A stretch of 63,754 nt of DNA, counting the filler, from Platydemus manokwari (lineage: Eukaryota), in the NCBI GenBank assembly GCA_037951405.1. It is 5 parts of 5 records of this genome, joined end to end, with 100 filler letters (N's around TTAATTAATTAA, not from the genome) between each part and the next. Parts side by side here need not be neighbours in the genome. Positions count along the whole stretch, not along the records: positions 29,881 to 43,519 come from JBBMOY011661403.1; positions 43,620 to 53,019 come from JBBMOY011254874.1; 3 more parts are not named here. One strand, written 5' to 3'. How positions within the stretch are numbered: the stretch's first letter is position 1; the number at the start of each line of letters is the position of its first letter. Position numbers and translations under genes: made by a program. The notes below the pieces were generated by a model that worked only from the letters and a program-made list of their open reading frames with translations, made no database searches and was not told the DNA's origin. Shown here piece by piece: positions 33,901 through 47,319 of the stretch.

Positions 33901-36900
33901 TATGAACATGCAATGCACCAATCTATTAAATGGCATTTTTGAGAGAAACTTGAATATTATCCGAATTCATTGATAGAAAAAAAATTGGTGATATTAACAG
34001 AATTTTATGAATTATTTCTTTTATAAAATGATAAATATTTCATTTACCTATTGATTTTGAACAAAAGATTTTTCAAGAAATTTAATTTTATAAATCTCGA
34101 CGTCAATCGAAACGGGAATAAGCATCACTGTATTTTTCTAATCTAATTTCGAATTTATTTTTTCAATTGAAATGAATTTATGCTTGTTTTTTCATTATTT
34201 TTTGATTGCTATATTTGTCAGTCAGTTGGCATAAATTTATCATACGAATTCATACTTTTGGTAGTGACATTTTCATTTTAATCCCACAATCGTTTAACTT
34301 TAATAGGAAGGCAACTTGTAAAGTACTTGTAATCAGAATCCAACTTAGTTTCAATCAACAAAATGTAATTTTTTGAGTTCAAATTGCCTTTTCCTACTGA
34401 TTTTCATCTGTTTTCGTGCAAATCGGTACAGCTTATTATTGATCATATATTAGTTCTCATTAATTGGCTATAATATATTGATTGCCCCATTATATTACCA
34501 TTTAATAATTTATCAAATGTGTAAGCTTTGAATAATTATTAAAGGTAATTATTCTGTATTTTCTACATTTACCAATGTTTTATTCATAAAGTCGCCTGAC
34601 GAATTTTTGGGTTTTTTTTAAAATAATAATCCAAATAAATTTTATTTTGTGTATTTTTTTCTCTGTAAAATGGATAATTTTTGTCACCTTATTCATCACC
34701 TTATTTATTTGAACAAATATATAATCCATGAGTACCATTAGAACCATAAAAACGATAGAAAACTTTCTCCACTAACAAAGAAATGCGTATCGAGACAAAA
34801 ATAAATTACAATATTGAGTTAACAAAAACTGCTGTCTAGAAACTTGGAATTTGGAATTTTTATAGAGTTGTTTGCGTTTTCAAAAACCAGATTGGGAATT
34901 TCCAGAATACATTATTAAAATATTAACACAATGCATCAATTACTCTAATAATCTATTTTAACTTTACTCAATCGACTTGTGATGCCAACAAATCGATAAA
35001 TTAATTCAGTTTTTGTGATGGTAAATAATTATCATCATTTTTTTAAAGCCAACTGAACGTCATTGTCAAATTTATATCAATTAATTCACCAACACAACTT
35101 TTATTCCCATGTTTTCTTTCATTCAGTGCTTTCAGAGGAATTATTATTATTAGGGATCTGCATACATTCTTCATTATAAATTTATTTTGAAGAGTAACTT
35201 TTTATTGACAATCGAATTAAATAAAAATAATAAATTTCCGGATTTTCATTATTTTTTTCATGATGAAAACTATTAATAAGATAAGAATCGATTAATAAAG
35301 ACTCTCTTAATGTCACTATTATTTAATATCTCCATAATAGAAAATGTTTTTATGGTGAATTGTTTAGAAATCAAAATTTAAATTAACAATTCTAGCTTTG
35401 GAAAAAGTCACAAATCATTATAGATAAATCTGAGATAACTTTTGTTCTTCATTAGGTTTTACTCTATTTTCATCATTTTTAACGGATTTTAATTAGGTTT
35501 AAGAATTTTCGTTTAATATTTTCTAATATTACTGTTTTCCCCGGGGCTGATGAGATGTTATTAACCGAGTTCAACAGTACAATTATAATATATTTATCAC
35601 GAATCAGTTCTATCAATCTGATATGTACATTTTATATCTTCGATTTATTAATATCAACATAATACACCTATTTTGTGATTCTCTCTAATCATCATATGTC
35701 AACTAATTTACCGTTTCATTATTTATTCATTAGTAGATTCGAAACAAAGTGCTCAACTTCACTGCCCCATGAACCTTGTAATATTACATTTAGATGGATA
35801 TATGTGCAACCTTTACAAACATTTTCTAATTTAAGGAACTATATGATTCATTCAAGTCTCCATCCTGAGGCTTATTCTTCATTTTGTTCATGTTTGAAAA
35901 TATTTTTCTTTATTAGTATTGACTAATATATCAATAAATGATGGGCTTTTCAACTTATCAGTAGACTACGAAACACAAACGAGTATTTTAATTTATTCAA
36001 AAATAAAATATATGAATGGTCACGCGCACCTATATTGTTTTATATGGATTTTAAAATATATGGAACATATCATATGAAAAATATGTTAACATATATAATT
36101 AAATATATAAAACACAATTAATAGCACAAGATTTTTAAGGTTTTCCCTTTTCCTTGTTTGTTTAATAGATATTAATTTTTACAAAAATGAAATTCAGTGA
36201 TATTTTTCATCAGCATTTTTCAACTGTAAAAGTATTTAATACAATATGTTTGTAAATTTCTCTTTGAAAAAAAAAGTATCCCTATGGTCATTTCCCAGTT
36301 GTCTACAGTAATAAAATCCACTCCTTTAATACCTTTGAATGGTCTAATAACATTTGTAAATCATCTCACTTACCAATCTATTCAATTTCTTATTTAATAA
36401 CTTGTTTATAGTAATTAATGCACTTCAGATTTTTGTAAACTTTTCTCATAGAAAAAATATATTTCATTGTAAAATTGTTGTATTGCAGTTGAGTGATTCT
36501 TTGGCATGTTGAAATTTTATTCTTTTAATGTACTTTAATTCATTTTCAATATATTTATTGTTCTGATCTATAAAATCATCAACTAATTCATTTTGATCGG
36601 TATAACAGTATAATTTGTTAGTATTATTATTTGAATTATGTTCTTATGATGAATACAATCATTATGAAATATTTTGTTGAAATTTATTTATCATTTACTC
36701 GAGACTTTCCAAGAAAAACACAAGAAATTTTAAACTTCGAAAGTTATTCATTCATTCTAAGAGATTGAAGATTAGCTAGTTTATAAAAATGCAAACCTAA
36801 TCAGCGTTCATTGTCCAACGACACAGGAATTTCGTAAAATATTTAAAGATTGAAAAAATGACGAAAAAATATCAAAAGATTGACCTGTAGAAGTTTGTTT

Positions 36901-39441
36901 AAGCAATTTTGAAATAGATTGAGGACAGAGTTTGGTGATTATAAAATATTTCTCGTTATTAGATATTGGGTAGGAATATTCCGGAGTTAACCTAAAGCGA
37001 AATGCGCAGAACCTTATTAGCGAATTTATTGAGAAAAATCAAAGTTTTGCTTTAAAAAGCTGCTCTTTGAATTCCCTACTGCTTCATAGACCATTGAATG
37101 CACATATTTTTTTTACAAGGCTTGAGTTTTAAAGGCATTTGAATGATGTTTAAATCCCCACAGCTAAAACTCAGTCATAACAGCCTATTGTAAGAGGTAT
37201 TTATTCGTAATTCGAGGGTGATTTCTGGTTGCATTATAAAAATTAAAACAAAAAAGCAAATTGATAATCTTGAAGTATGTTTCTAAACAAGTTGAAAAGA
37301 AATTTCAGTGATATTTTTAATTCCTAGTTTGGATCGTTTTGGAAAATCGCAAATTATTTTGATTATCAGAAACGTTTGCAGTATCAAAACATGTAAGAGC
37401 AATGTTTGGAATGTGGTGTTAGTTTGGTTGACTGAAGACATTAGAACAGTGGGAGCTATGTTCACAACATATGTTGATAATTAGAATGACATTTAAACAA
37501 GCTGATAATGGAGAGAGATAGAATATTTTAAGTGGGTACGGGAAGATCTTCATAACAACTCAAGAACGATTTTTTATATGAAGGGACATATCTATGCATT
37601 AAGTAAACGTCAAATATATTTCTAAATTTAGTAAAATCAAGGCATATGAAGTGGATAAAGATTTTGCGTAGACATCATAGATGGAGTTGTGTGATTATTT
37701 TTTTCGTTTGAATAATATATGCTATGCATGTCGTAATGTTCATTTGTAACTAGTGATATTTGTTTTTATATTTTTTTCGATTTTCACGCATTCTTTTAAT
37801 AAAAAATTAAATCACAGAAAAATAATGTATGGAAAAATCCATTAAGTATTTCGAAAATAATATTTAAACAAAAGTATAACGTTAAATATGATTAACATAT
37901 TTTGTGTCACATCAAAGGTCATGTAAATACAATTATCATTGTTTGGGAATCGCTGTCACGTTGTAGTTGTGAAAAGATTGCCATATAAATTTTACTTTAA
38001 TTATTGTTGATATTGTTGCAATGTGGTTTATTTAATGTGTTTTTAAGGATCGTGAATCATTGTGTAAAGTACTGTTGAGTGAAGATATTTTGCCATTTGA
38101 GAGGCAAAAATCAAATGAGAATTTATGTCCCGAAAAATCAGCCAATAAAGTTATTTAATTTAATTAAGTACTTGGTGCGTATTTTGAGTTTATTTAGAGT
38201 TTTAGTGGTGAATGGAACTTCGATTTACAGCCACTAGGTGATCATTTGGAAGATACTGCAATTAAACCGAATGAAGAACATCAAGCATCTGAAGAGGTAT
38301 TGTATTTTTAAATTTCACATTAAATTATCCATATTTCAATCGATAATTATTTATTTTGTTAGTCTTTGAAGACAGTGGAGCCTGTAGCTTATCGAATCAC
38401 TCTCAGGAAACGAAATCCTAAAAAGAACAACGAATTAGAAGATATTAGCTTTGATTATGTAGTTGGGAAAGGTACATCGTGTAAATTGATTAAAACCATT
38501 TTTTATTTTGCCATTATTATAGATTCAGTTGAGCTATTAGTTCGGGAATTGGTTGAAGCAGATCTTTTGGATGGTTGTGATTTGTTATTAGGTAGAAAAA
38601 GTTTATAATTGGTATATTATAATATTGATTTGTCTTGTATGGTATAGTTGTTTTAATTGATGTAATGATATCATATTCGGAAACCAGACGTAATTAATAA
38701 AATTAAATTTATTTCAATAGCTTATCATTCAGTTTCATTGAGATAATATCATACAATAAAAATAAAACTATTAATTGGTGATGTTCTTTGATAAATACTT
38801 TTAGTCTTTCCACTTTTTATTATAACATATTTATCAATATTATTTGAAAAATTGGTGAACCAACTTGAAATTTTTTTTAATTATTGATTTTATGGCATAA
38901 ATTGTTTTAATTAAGATGGTCAGTCAGAGAGAAAATAGATATTTTGAGACCGTTAAGTCAGAATTTGGTTTATTGCATGTTATAACGTAGGCCAGAATAA
39001 AACAAATAATTTAATTAGCTTCAAATTAAAAAAACGATGATAACTTTAATAACTTTGTCCGAGATTTATCTCTTACAAGTATAAAAATTTCTACTCCTTG
39101 AACACAATTTGGGAAAAAATCGAATTTAATTATTCTTGGCATTGCCTACTTTTTCCAAACTTGATAAAATTAAATTTTTGCAAATATCGTTAATCGGAAT
39201 TTATTAAGTGGCTCATAATATGAGTGAACTGGTCGCCAATCCATCATGTAGAGAGCGTGTCTTTGCTTTGGTAATTTGGATTGATATTTATCGATATTAC
39301 TTGACAAAATTTCAGAATTCGCCTCCATCAACTGGGGTGGCCAATGAACAAGAATTACATGGTTATGCGAAGGTTTTGATCAGATATTGCAATGAGTCTA
39401 AATCATCAGAAGCCATTACTGCTAATTCCAAATCCACTTGA
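30958..39441 (+). CDS. STK39: STE20-family GCK-VI kinase, SPAK/OSR1/Fray orthologue, 13 exons, about 487 aa
   Basis: Exons: 30958-31015, 31065-31186, 31323-31431, 31477-31618, 32217-32394, 32448-32549, 32741-32926, 38048-38149, 38198-38296, 38363-38471, 38523-38591, 39209-39270, 39316-39441 (1464 nt). Motifs [67 protein letters not shown], plus a CCT/PF2 domain ([19 protein letters not shown]...[14 protein letters not shown]...LHGYAKV). Start codon tentative; STK39 versus OXSR1 cannot be distinguished. Confidence 0.95.
35496..35620 (+). repeat. Dispersed repeat with a degenerate hammerhead-ribozyme-like core; related copy at about 47920-48010
   Basis: Both loci read GGTTTAAGAATTTT...TAATA..ACTGTTT...CTGA(T/A)GA...AACAG; the GAAA box is not intact in either. 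Confidence 0.35.
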
Positions 39442-40179
39442 ATAGCTCAAAAATAGTCTTCTATTAAATTTATTTCATATGGATCGTAAACAAATTGATT
39501 GATCACACTTCTAACTTCAGTCCAGTGCAAAATATTTTGATATTTATTTTGTTACCTATTATCTTCAGTTACTTCCATTTATAAACCATTTGAATTTATT
39601 TTAATATGTGATGGATTTAGGTTACAGACGATGGTGATATATTGTAGACTGTCAATATGATTGGATGATTGCATTACTTTCAAATGTATTATATATTGAT
39701 TGTTGAATAATTTCTTTCGAAATAAATTTATTTCTTTTGGTTATTTATTTCAATTTTGTTTCACTGTCTGTCATTTTTACACAACGGAAACAGTGATTAT
39801 GTCTTGTGTTTATTCTTAAGGAAATTAATAGTAATTATTTTTAATTTAGCTTAATATATTCTTAGTTTGATTAACTGCTTATAAAAACAATGTTGAATCA
39901 TAGATCTAAAACATAAGTTACAATTATTATAGAGATTTGTCAGTCAAAGTATTTGCTCAATAGGTAGGTTGGATAAATACTATTCATAGAATTAGTCAAT
40001 CTCAAAAATATGTTTTACATTGAATGTATAATTTTGTTTATATTTGTCCTTATGGATTGATGCTATATATAATGTGCGATTCTTAAGTATCCGCCTCTAA
40101 AACTAAAATAAAACAACAGTAAGAACAAATAATGGTAAATAATGAGCAATTTCATTGTAACTGTTCAAAATGTTCACCA

Positions 40180-40330
40180 GCTTTCCCTTCATGATTTCAT
40201 CAAACGATTTTCCTGATCGCAACCTAGTGGACAAGTTTCCTGTTTCTTCAAACTTCTGTTTCCAGTATTACACTGTTTATACTAGCTAGTGGTACACCAT
40301 TGGCACTATTCTGGTACACTATTGGATGGC
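40180..40330 (-). mobile_element. Tc1/mariner transposase N-terminal (HTH) remnant
   Basis: Minus-strand V*YWKQKFEETGNLSTRLRSGK matches the W..KF.ETG......RSGRP linker of Tc1/mariner-superfamily transposases. Confidence 0.6.
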
Positions 40331-41559
40331 TAACTATATATACTTTAGCCGCAAGCGAAAATTTAACATCATCAGCTGCTGTAATACTGTAATAATGCAA
40401 CTGATTAATAAGAAATTAAGTACATTAATCAGTGAATAATAATTAATATCAATGAGTATAAATATGTGAATATAAATTATGTTGTTTTATTTCAGTTTTA
40501 GATACTGGGATCGCATGGCATTTATTATTATTATTGTTGTTATTAACATAAAACATTATAATAGTATTATTGCTGATTACAATAAAACCTCATACATTAA
40601 TTATAAGACAAAACAACGCAGATAATAAAAAAGTATTTTTCAAAAATTTATTTTAAGAAATTAGTGGGCAATATTCACGTTTGACAGATAGACTTATAGA
40701 AGTTTAAAGTTCTTGCTTTGTCGACATTCAGATGACTAATTACATATCTTTTTATTCATGAAAGTTTTCTTTTCAATGATGTTAGAATGTCTTGCTTATC
40801 ATTGACAAGCTTCGTAATAAATTTATTTGAGATGGTTGTTAAACATTTTCCAATTATTCAAACTATATGTTTTTAGTGTCGATGTATTGTTCTCACATCC
40901 GATTGTCACTGAGTATTTGAACTATTTTTATCATTAAAGACGCGTTTTATTTTATTTAACTGATTTTCTATTTTTTGAATAAAACATTTTTATTTTATTC
41001 ACGACCAATTATTATATCTACTTGAATTTACAATTATTAAATAAAAATTATTTATTTTAATTAAGTTTATTTTTGCTTGTCTTCGATATGTTAATTTTTA
41101 CTTTGCTACTCCAATATTATTATTTTCATTGTTTTTTCCATTATTTTAAGTTGGTAGATTATTTATTTATTCATAATGTTTCTCTAGGTGCTAAGAATAA
41201 TTTGAATTCATTTTATAAAGTAATTCACATTTAAATTCTACACGTTTATTTATTCCACAAAACATTGGATTATAATAACCAAGATATAATTTATTTCAAT
41301 ACAAGGTTAAAATTAAGAAAAAGAAAATTTTTACTTTGTTATGTGTAATGAAAAAAATTAAAATTATATTTATTAAAAACATTCTGAATTTTGGTATAAT
41401 TAACTCAAAAAAATTTTAGTAGTTAGAAATTTAAAATTTTCCATTGAAGGTTAGCTAATTATCATCTTAAAATGTAAACAAGGTTTTATTTGCGTTTGAT
41501 TTCAAGTTGATTTAATTTAATTTGTCAGTAATATCACTGGTAAATTCTGGATCACATTT

Positions 41560-42480
41560 TCTTAAAAGAGAAGTACCATGATATTGGAGTTTCTTATAAT
41601 TCATTTGGCGCTACTTTCAAAGCTATATTTTCTTGATCTTCGAAAACATTTTCTTCGAATCTAAATTTATGCTTGAGCAATTTCAGACTTTCCATTTACT
41701 GATATGTAGTTAGCAATTTTCCTTCCAATTTGCGTGGGTTTCTGTCTAATAAACTTATTATTTGTCAAATTTCTACTAATGTTCTTGCTGTGTGATTATT
41801 TTTATCGACTTATAACTGTGAATAAGGAGCAGTAAATATCTTTTCCCCGTCCATTTTATAAGTTAATGGGTGTGTCCTGTAAAATTCATCTGTATTTTAA
41901 TTAATTTTTCCTTTTCTACAGTAAACTTTTATATTGCATTTCAATTTCTATCTGTTAAGATTTGATCCAGTATTTTAAAGTTTTAGCAACCGTTGTAGTG
42001 GGACCAGGTATGTGTCTCATCCAATATATAGAATTTCTAAATAGCATTCGATTTTTGTGATGTAACCCTAGTCTGGTTTTATTCTTATCCCTGATAGGAT
42101 GTGTGCTAAATATTTTACTTCTTTTCTGCTTCATTAAAATTAGACTTTTTAGTACATTTTTGATATATACTATAATTTCTGAAAAATATTATTAGATCGT
42201 ATATGCATATAGTGAAACGATGTATATCTATTAACTTTTAATTCATTGCTCTCTGAAAAAAACAGGTTCTCCATTTAGACTAAACGACATGAGTATATAT
42301 TTATGTAATTCTTTTCCTAATATAAATGCGGTTATTCGGATTGAGTCTTGATCATCAGTATGCTATTATAACTTTTTTTAAAAATCTTCTTTGTTGGAAA
42401 TATTTGCTCCTGCAACTCGTTTAACCACTTTCTTTATTATTAGCAATGCAAAATTTTGCTGGTCGATCTTACTGTCGGGA
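41560..42480 (-). mobile_element. Highly decayed LTR-retrotransposon (Gypsy-like) pol fragment
   Basis: Minus-strand RHIPGPTTTVAKTL resembles HIPG..N.VADALS at the end of Gypsy RNase H; otherwise many stops. Confidence 0.3.
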
Positions 42481-43519
42481 TAAAAGCAAGATAAAGATAA
42501 CACAAAAAAACAATACAACATAATCGAATTAAAATCAAATTAAAATCAAATGATACAAATTTAAATGAGCAATTATAATTAATAACAATAATAATTTTTC
42601 ATAAATAATTATCCTAATAGAATTTTCCTACAAATGATTAATACATGAAAAAATAGAAACAGAATTAAAAAAATAGCTAAAATAAAAATTTAAATTACCC
42701 AAAAATAGATAATCAAGAAGAAAAAAGAACGAAAATGGTAAGAAAAGAAAATTAACACAAAAATAGAAATAATGAAAGCTTAAAATAAAAAGAAAAGGAA
42801 TTAAATTAATATAAAAGGCCGAAGAAAAAATTAAAAAGTGCCCTTAAGAAAATACAGTTGCACTAACTAACGACAAATTAATTAAATTAATTCACAACTA
42901 CTCGGATTCGGACGGATCAATTACAAGCGAAAAGATTCAATTTGCAAAGACTCAAATTCGGACGGATCAATTACTAGCAAAACAAATCACAACAAAGTCA
43001 AAATAACCGATGAGACAGAAATCCAATCTCGATCATTGACAAACCAAAACAAGTATATTAGAGGAAGAAACTGAAGTATAACAACAAAAAGTGCAAAATT
43101 ATTGCAAAACAAATCTTCTGTGTAAAATTAATATCAAGGAAAAAACTATTGTGCAACATAATTATCGCTAAGGAACTTTCTGACGAAGAATTATCGACAA
43201 GCATTTCTTCCAAGCAGAACAATATCAAAGAAACTCTCCTGAACAGAGACCAGCTCAAAGGAATTCTCCTGCGCTAAGAACCTACATTATTCGATCAATA
43301 CAACTGCTGTATTCGATCAACAAGAACCTTTCGTATATTAAATCGATAAAAGCAATATAAGGAGTTCTCCAAATTTTTATAAGAATATTGTAATTGCTTT
43401 AAATGACTAAATTTTAAACAGTAACTTTTCATTACGATAACTATTTTAACAAATTTGTATTTACCGATAATTTTTCCTTAACTTTTTCAACAAATACGTA
43501 TTAAATAACAATATTTCAT

Positions 43520-43619
43520 NNNNNNNNNNNNNNNNNNNNNNNNNNNNNNNNNNNNNNNNNNNNTTAATTAATTAANNNNNNNNNNNNNNNNNNNNNNNNN
43601 NNNNNNNNNNNNNNNNNNN
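43520..43619. other. Assembly gap with artificial TTAATTAATTAA linker
   Basis: 44 N + 12-nt linker + 44 N. Confidence 0.97.
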
Positions 43620-44770
43620 TAAAATAATTAAAATGAATTATAAAATTAAAATAAATTTTGAGAAAATAAACAAAAAACATAAAAAATATCATTTTCGAAT
43701 ATATAACAGCTTGTACAATTATGTTTGATTAATAAAATAAATTAAGAAATCGTGCTTTCCAAAATTATCTTTTCGAAGTTTTTCAATCTTAAGCTCTTTC
43801 TCAACAATGGGGTCTTCTATTATAAACCCAACAAATAAGATCATTAAATATATTTTACAGTTGATTGATTGAATTGATATGAATTGTTTGCTTATCGAAA
43901 ATCCAGTTGTTGAGGATAAAATTATATTTGTATAAATATCAATATCGACAACTATAAAATTCAATATTTCTGGACAGGTCGAATATTTTGTCAAAACAAA
44001 TCGATTATATTATTTGCAAACAATAATGTGATTTGCTTCTTGATTTCAATGTGATTTCAATATATTGTGATAAACACAAGTTCAATGGATTAATTTCAAT
44101 GAAAACCATTGGCCAGTGTGTTATTGAATTTTATTTCATATTAAATAAGCTTGTTTATAAATATGTGTTTCCATTGGATTCCTGGTCCCTCTATACTCTT
44201 GGTTATGTTCAAACCAAATACATGCGCTAAATTGTTTGGCCGGTGATTTGGTTGATCGATAAAATTCGATTAAAAAAATGCTATTAATTAAGAAAGGAAA
44301 TGATGAAATCCATGGAAAAAGTTGATTGGTAATAATTAGTGTTTTGTCAGTAATATATATTTATTTATTTAGATTATAATCAAAATGTCAGTTTAATGTT
44401 TGATATTTTGATCTCATTTACATGTTAGATTGACAAAAAATCTGTTAATGGGTGAAAAATATGATTTTCCATAACCGGTAAATCGATGACATAAATCTAT
44501 TTTTAAATGGCAAATTATTTATAAGGATGTGAGAGTGATAGGAGATCTTATTTGAAGCTATATATTACTGTATAATCTCGATATAAGATTATAATTATAA
44601 GGAATAATATCGATTATGTAAGCTCTTCAAAATTATAAGATTAAATTTCAATTTTCATACAGATAATTTAAAATAAACCTGTTGTATTATATTGTTATAG
44701 TTTTTAATAATTAAAAGTACTTAGATGATCTATGTATTGATTTATTGATTGTTTTTAAATCAAAATTTAG

Positions 44771-45298
44771 GCTAAATATTCATCTAAATCGGATGTGTGG
44801 TCATTTGGAGTTTTGTTTTGGGATTTATTGACATTTTGTAAAAGCCGACCCTATTTCTGTGTACCTCAGTACGTTACAAGTATCGATCAAACGGCCAACT
44901 ATGTCAAATGTCTATCATTACTCTACAATTTCAAATGTCTTGAGCAGGGTTTTGATAATGCTCTTTTGCCGAATAATGAATCAATGAGTCAAATAAGGAA
45001 AGGTAATTCTTGGACGACTCCATTGCCCCTACCAGTTCCTTCACAATTTATCAATATTCCCTCCGAGCAGCGTTGTACAAACATCCAGACACCGAGAATG
45101 ATGAATAAAGATAATTCAATAAGTTGTATTCTTGATTCAAACAAGGAGATTCGTGATCTGATTACATCGTGTTGGTCAATTGAACCATCGAATCGGCCAA
45201 AGTTTAAAGATATCAAAACATTCTTGAGACAGAAAATCAATAACTTCAATGTCGAAGACGAATATCAATTCATCCAGACAACCATAAGAAGAAGTTAA
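44771..45298 (+). CDS. Terminal exon of a receptor tyrosine kinase, discoidin-domain-receptor (DDR)-like; partial
   Basis: Acceptor TTTAG at 44766-44770, then AKYSSKSDVWSFGVLFWDLLTFCKSRPY (subdomain IX; L/T-F-C...PY is DDR-typical) ... LITSCWSIEPSNRPKFKDIKTFLRQK (subdomain XI); stop 45296-45298; AATAAA at 45521. Upstream exons not found in the window. Confidence 0.85.
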   Translation, partial: AKYSSKSDVWSFGVLFWDLLTFCKSRPYFCVPQYVTSIDQTANYVKCLSLLYNFKCLEQGFDNALLPNNESMSQIRKGNSWTTPLPLPVPSQFINIPSEQRCTNIQTPRMMNKDNSISCILDSNKEIRDLITSCWSIEPSNRPKFKDIKTFLRQKINNFNVEDEYQFIQTTIRRS

Positions 45299-47319
45299 TG
45301 TCAAAGAAAACGGTTTCTCGTGACCAAATAATCAATCAGATCACATCCATAAATCAATCAATATTATTATTAATAGCATCTTTCTGTGTGTACATAAAGT
45401 TTTTCACTTCAATTTATCTGTTTTTCAGTTTATATTCCATGGTAACACATTTTTCTATTTTTTGATTTGTAAATACAAACCGGACAAACGGTTTATTATA
45501 GCACAAGATTATGATATTTGAATAAATTTCAAAACGAAAATTCAATAACCAATTAAGATGTATACCATATTTTGTTGCTACCATATATACATATATTGAT
45601 TTTACCTAAATGTTTTTTAATTTGTTTTAAATGGCTTAAAATTGATTTCATCACGCGACAGTTTTGAATATGGAACGGATGAGCTTATTTGATTGAGTTA
45701 TTGAAATTATTTTCATTTCAGTTGTTGTATATAATATTTTATACGAATCCATTTCTTTGGTTGTTCATAATAAAATGACAATGATAACAAAATTTATTGA
45801 TGTATTGATGATGGCTGAACCAGCACAAACGATTTGTTTTTACCGGTGTCAAATGATAACCGAACATAATAATAACAATAATAATAATAATGTGCTTCTA
45901 TGTTTTGTCTTATGTTGTACTTTTTTGTCCCAGTATTTGTTGGTGAAATAAATTTAAGATATTCTTTTATCATTTTATTTCGTATTCAATGATTAATATT
46001 AATAAAAACGGCATTTATCAGTGTTAGAAAAATGTCTGAAAAATTCTATAAATATTCAGTTGTTAATAAAAGCTTTGTCGCCAGAATAGAAACATTTGTT
46101 TATGGTTAAAGATATTATCTTGTTTGATACGATATTCGAATGTTTTGATTTAATCAATATTTAATCGATTCTTTCTCGAGAAAATTATAATCGGAAATAG
46201 TTGATTTGCATTCTTAATTGTCAAATAATCTTAAAAACTTCACAAATTTCTGCAATTAATCGATCAAATTTTCGGATATCTCATTGTTCTGGAAATGAAT
46301 ATGAAATTGATTTAAATTCCAATAGGAAAATTGTAAATAACTTACCGCTCATTACCGTTGACGAGATTGTCTACCATGCAATTCTTTAACTTTAATTAAT
46401 TAAGTTGAAGATGCAAATGCTATTTTTGAGGTGACAATTCCAAATTTTGGTAGTTGTTCGGGAAACATTTGATATATGTATTTAATGAAGATAATTCGAA
46501 TAACTTCGGCGTTAAAAATTATATGTTTTAGCACCATTTGTTTTGTTTTGTTCCAATATTTCTGGTGGATTGAATATTCAAGGAATTTGAAAAACAATAT
46601 CACGCCATAAAACATTAATATTATGGGTTATTATTGATTATTAAGATAATATTAAGGTAATTACAAGAGTGTTATAAGAACTATAAATTGGGTTTAAATT
46701 AATTTTAAAAGCTTTTTATTCCTCAAAAATATCTGTGCAACAGTCATAAATGCAACTTCAATTATAACCTAAAGGTTAGTATTGCGTCATTGGGTTGAAC
46801 GATTGATGTCGACTAATATTAAAAATATAAGATTAAATTTATCATTTCCTATTGTTTGATTTTATTGGTGGCTACTGAATTTTTATCTACGTTTAGTGGA
46901 ACTTTTGTGTCTATTTTTATCAAGTGAAATAATTTTCTTTTACTTTGATATTTTGCTTTTATTTCTTGTTAATTTTCAATATCGTCTATATTTTATATTT
47001 GACATCTAAAACATATTATTTCCTATAATAAAGATAGTCATCTATTTTTGCTATGTATAAGAATTTTTATGTTTGCTTTGGTTCCTTATTAATACCAAAT
47101 AAATATATTAATTATTTAAAATATTCGTATTTTTAAGTCATGATCATGTATTTTAATGATTTTGAAGAAATAGCGCTTTCCGAAATTTTAAATTATGCCA
47201 AATAACCTTAATAAATTCCTTTTTTATTATTTAAGGAATTTTTAAAACAACAATTTTAAAGCAAAAATGTTTATTTTAAACTCTAGCTCACATTTATACC
47301 CTTAGTTCATAGTTTTGGT

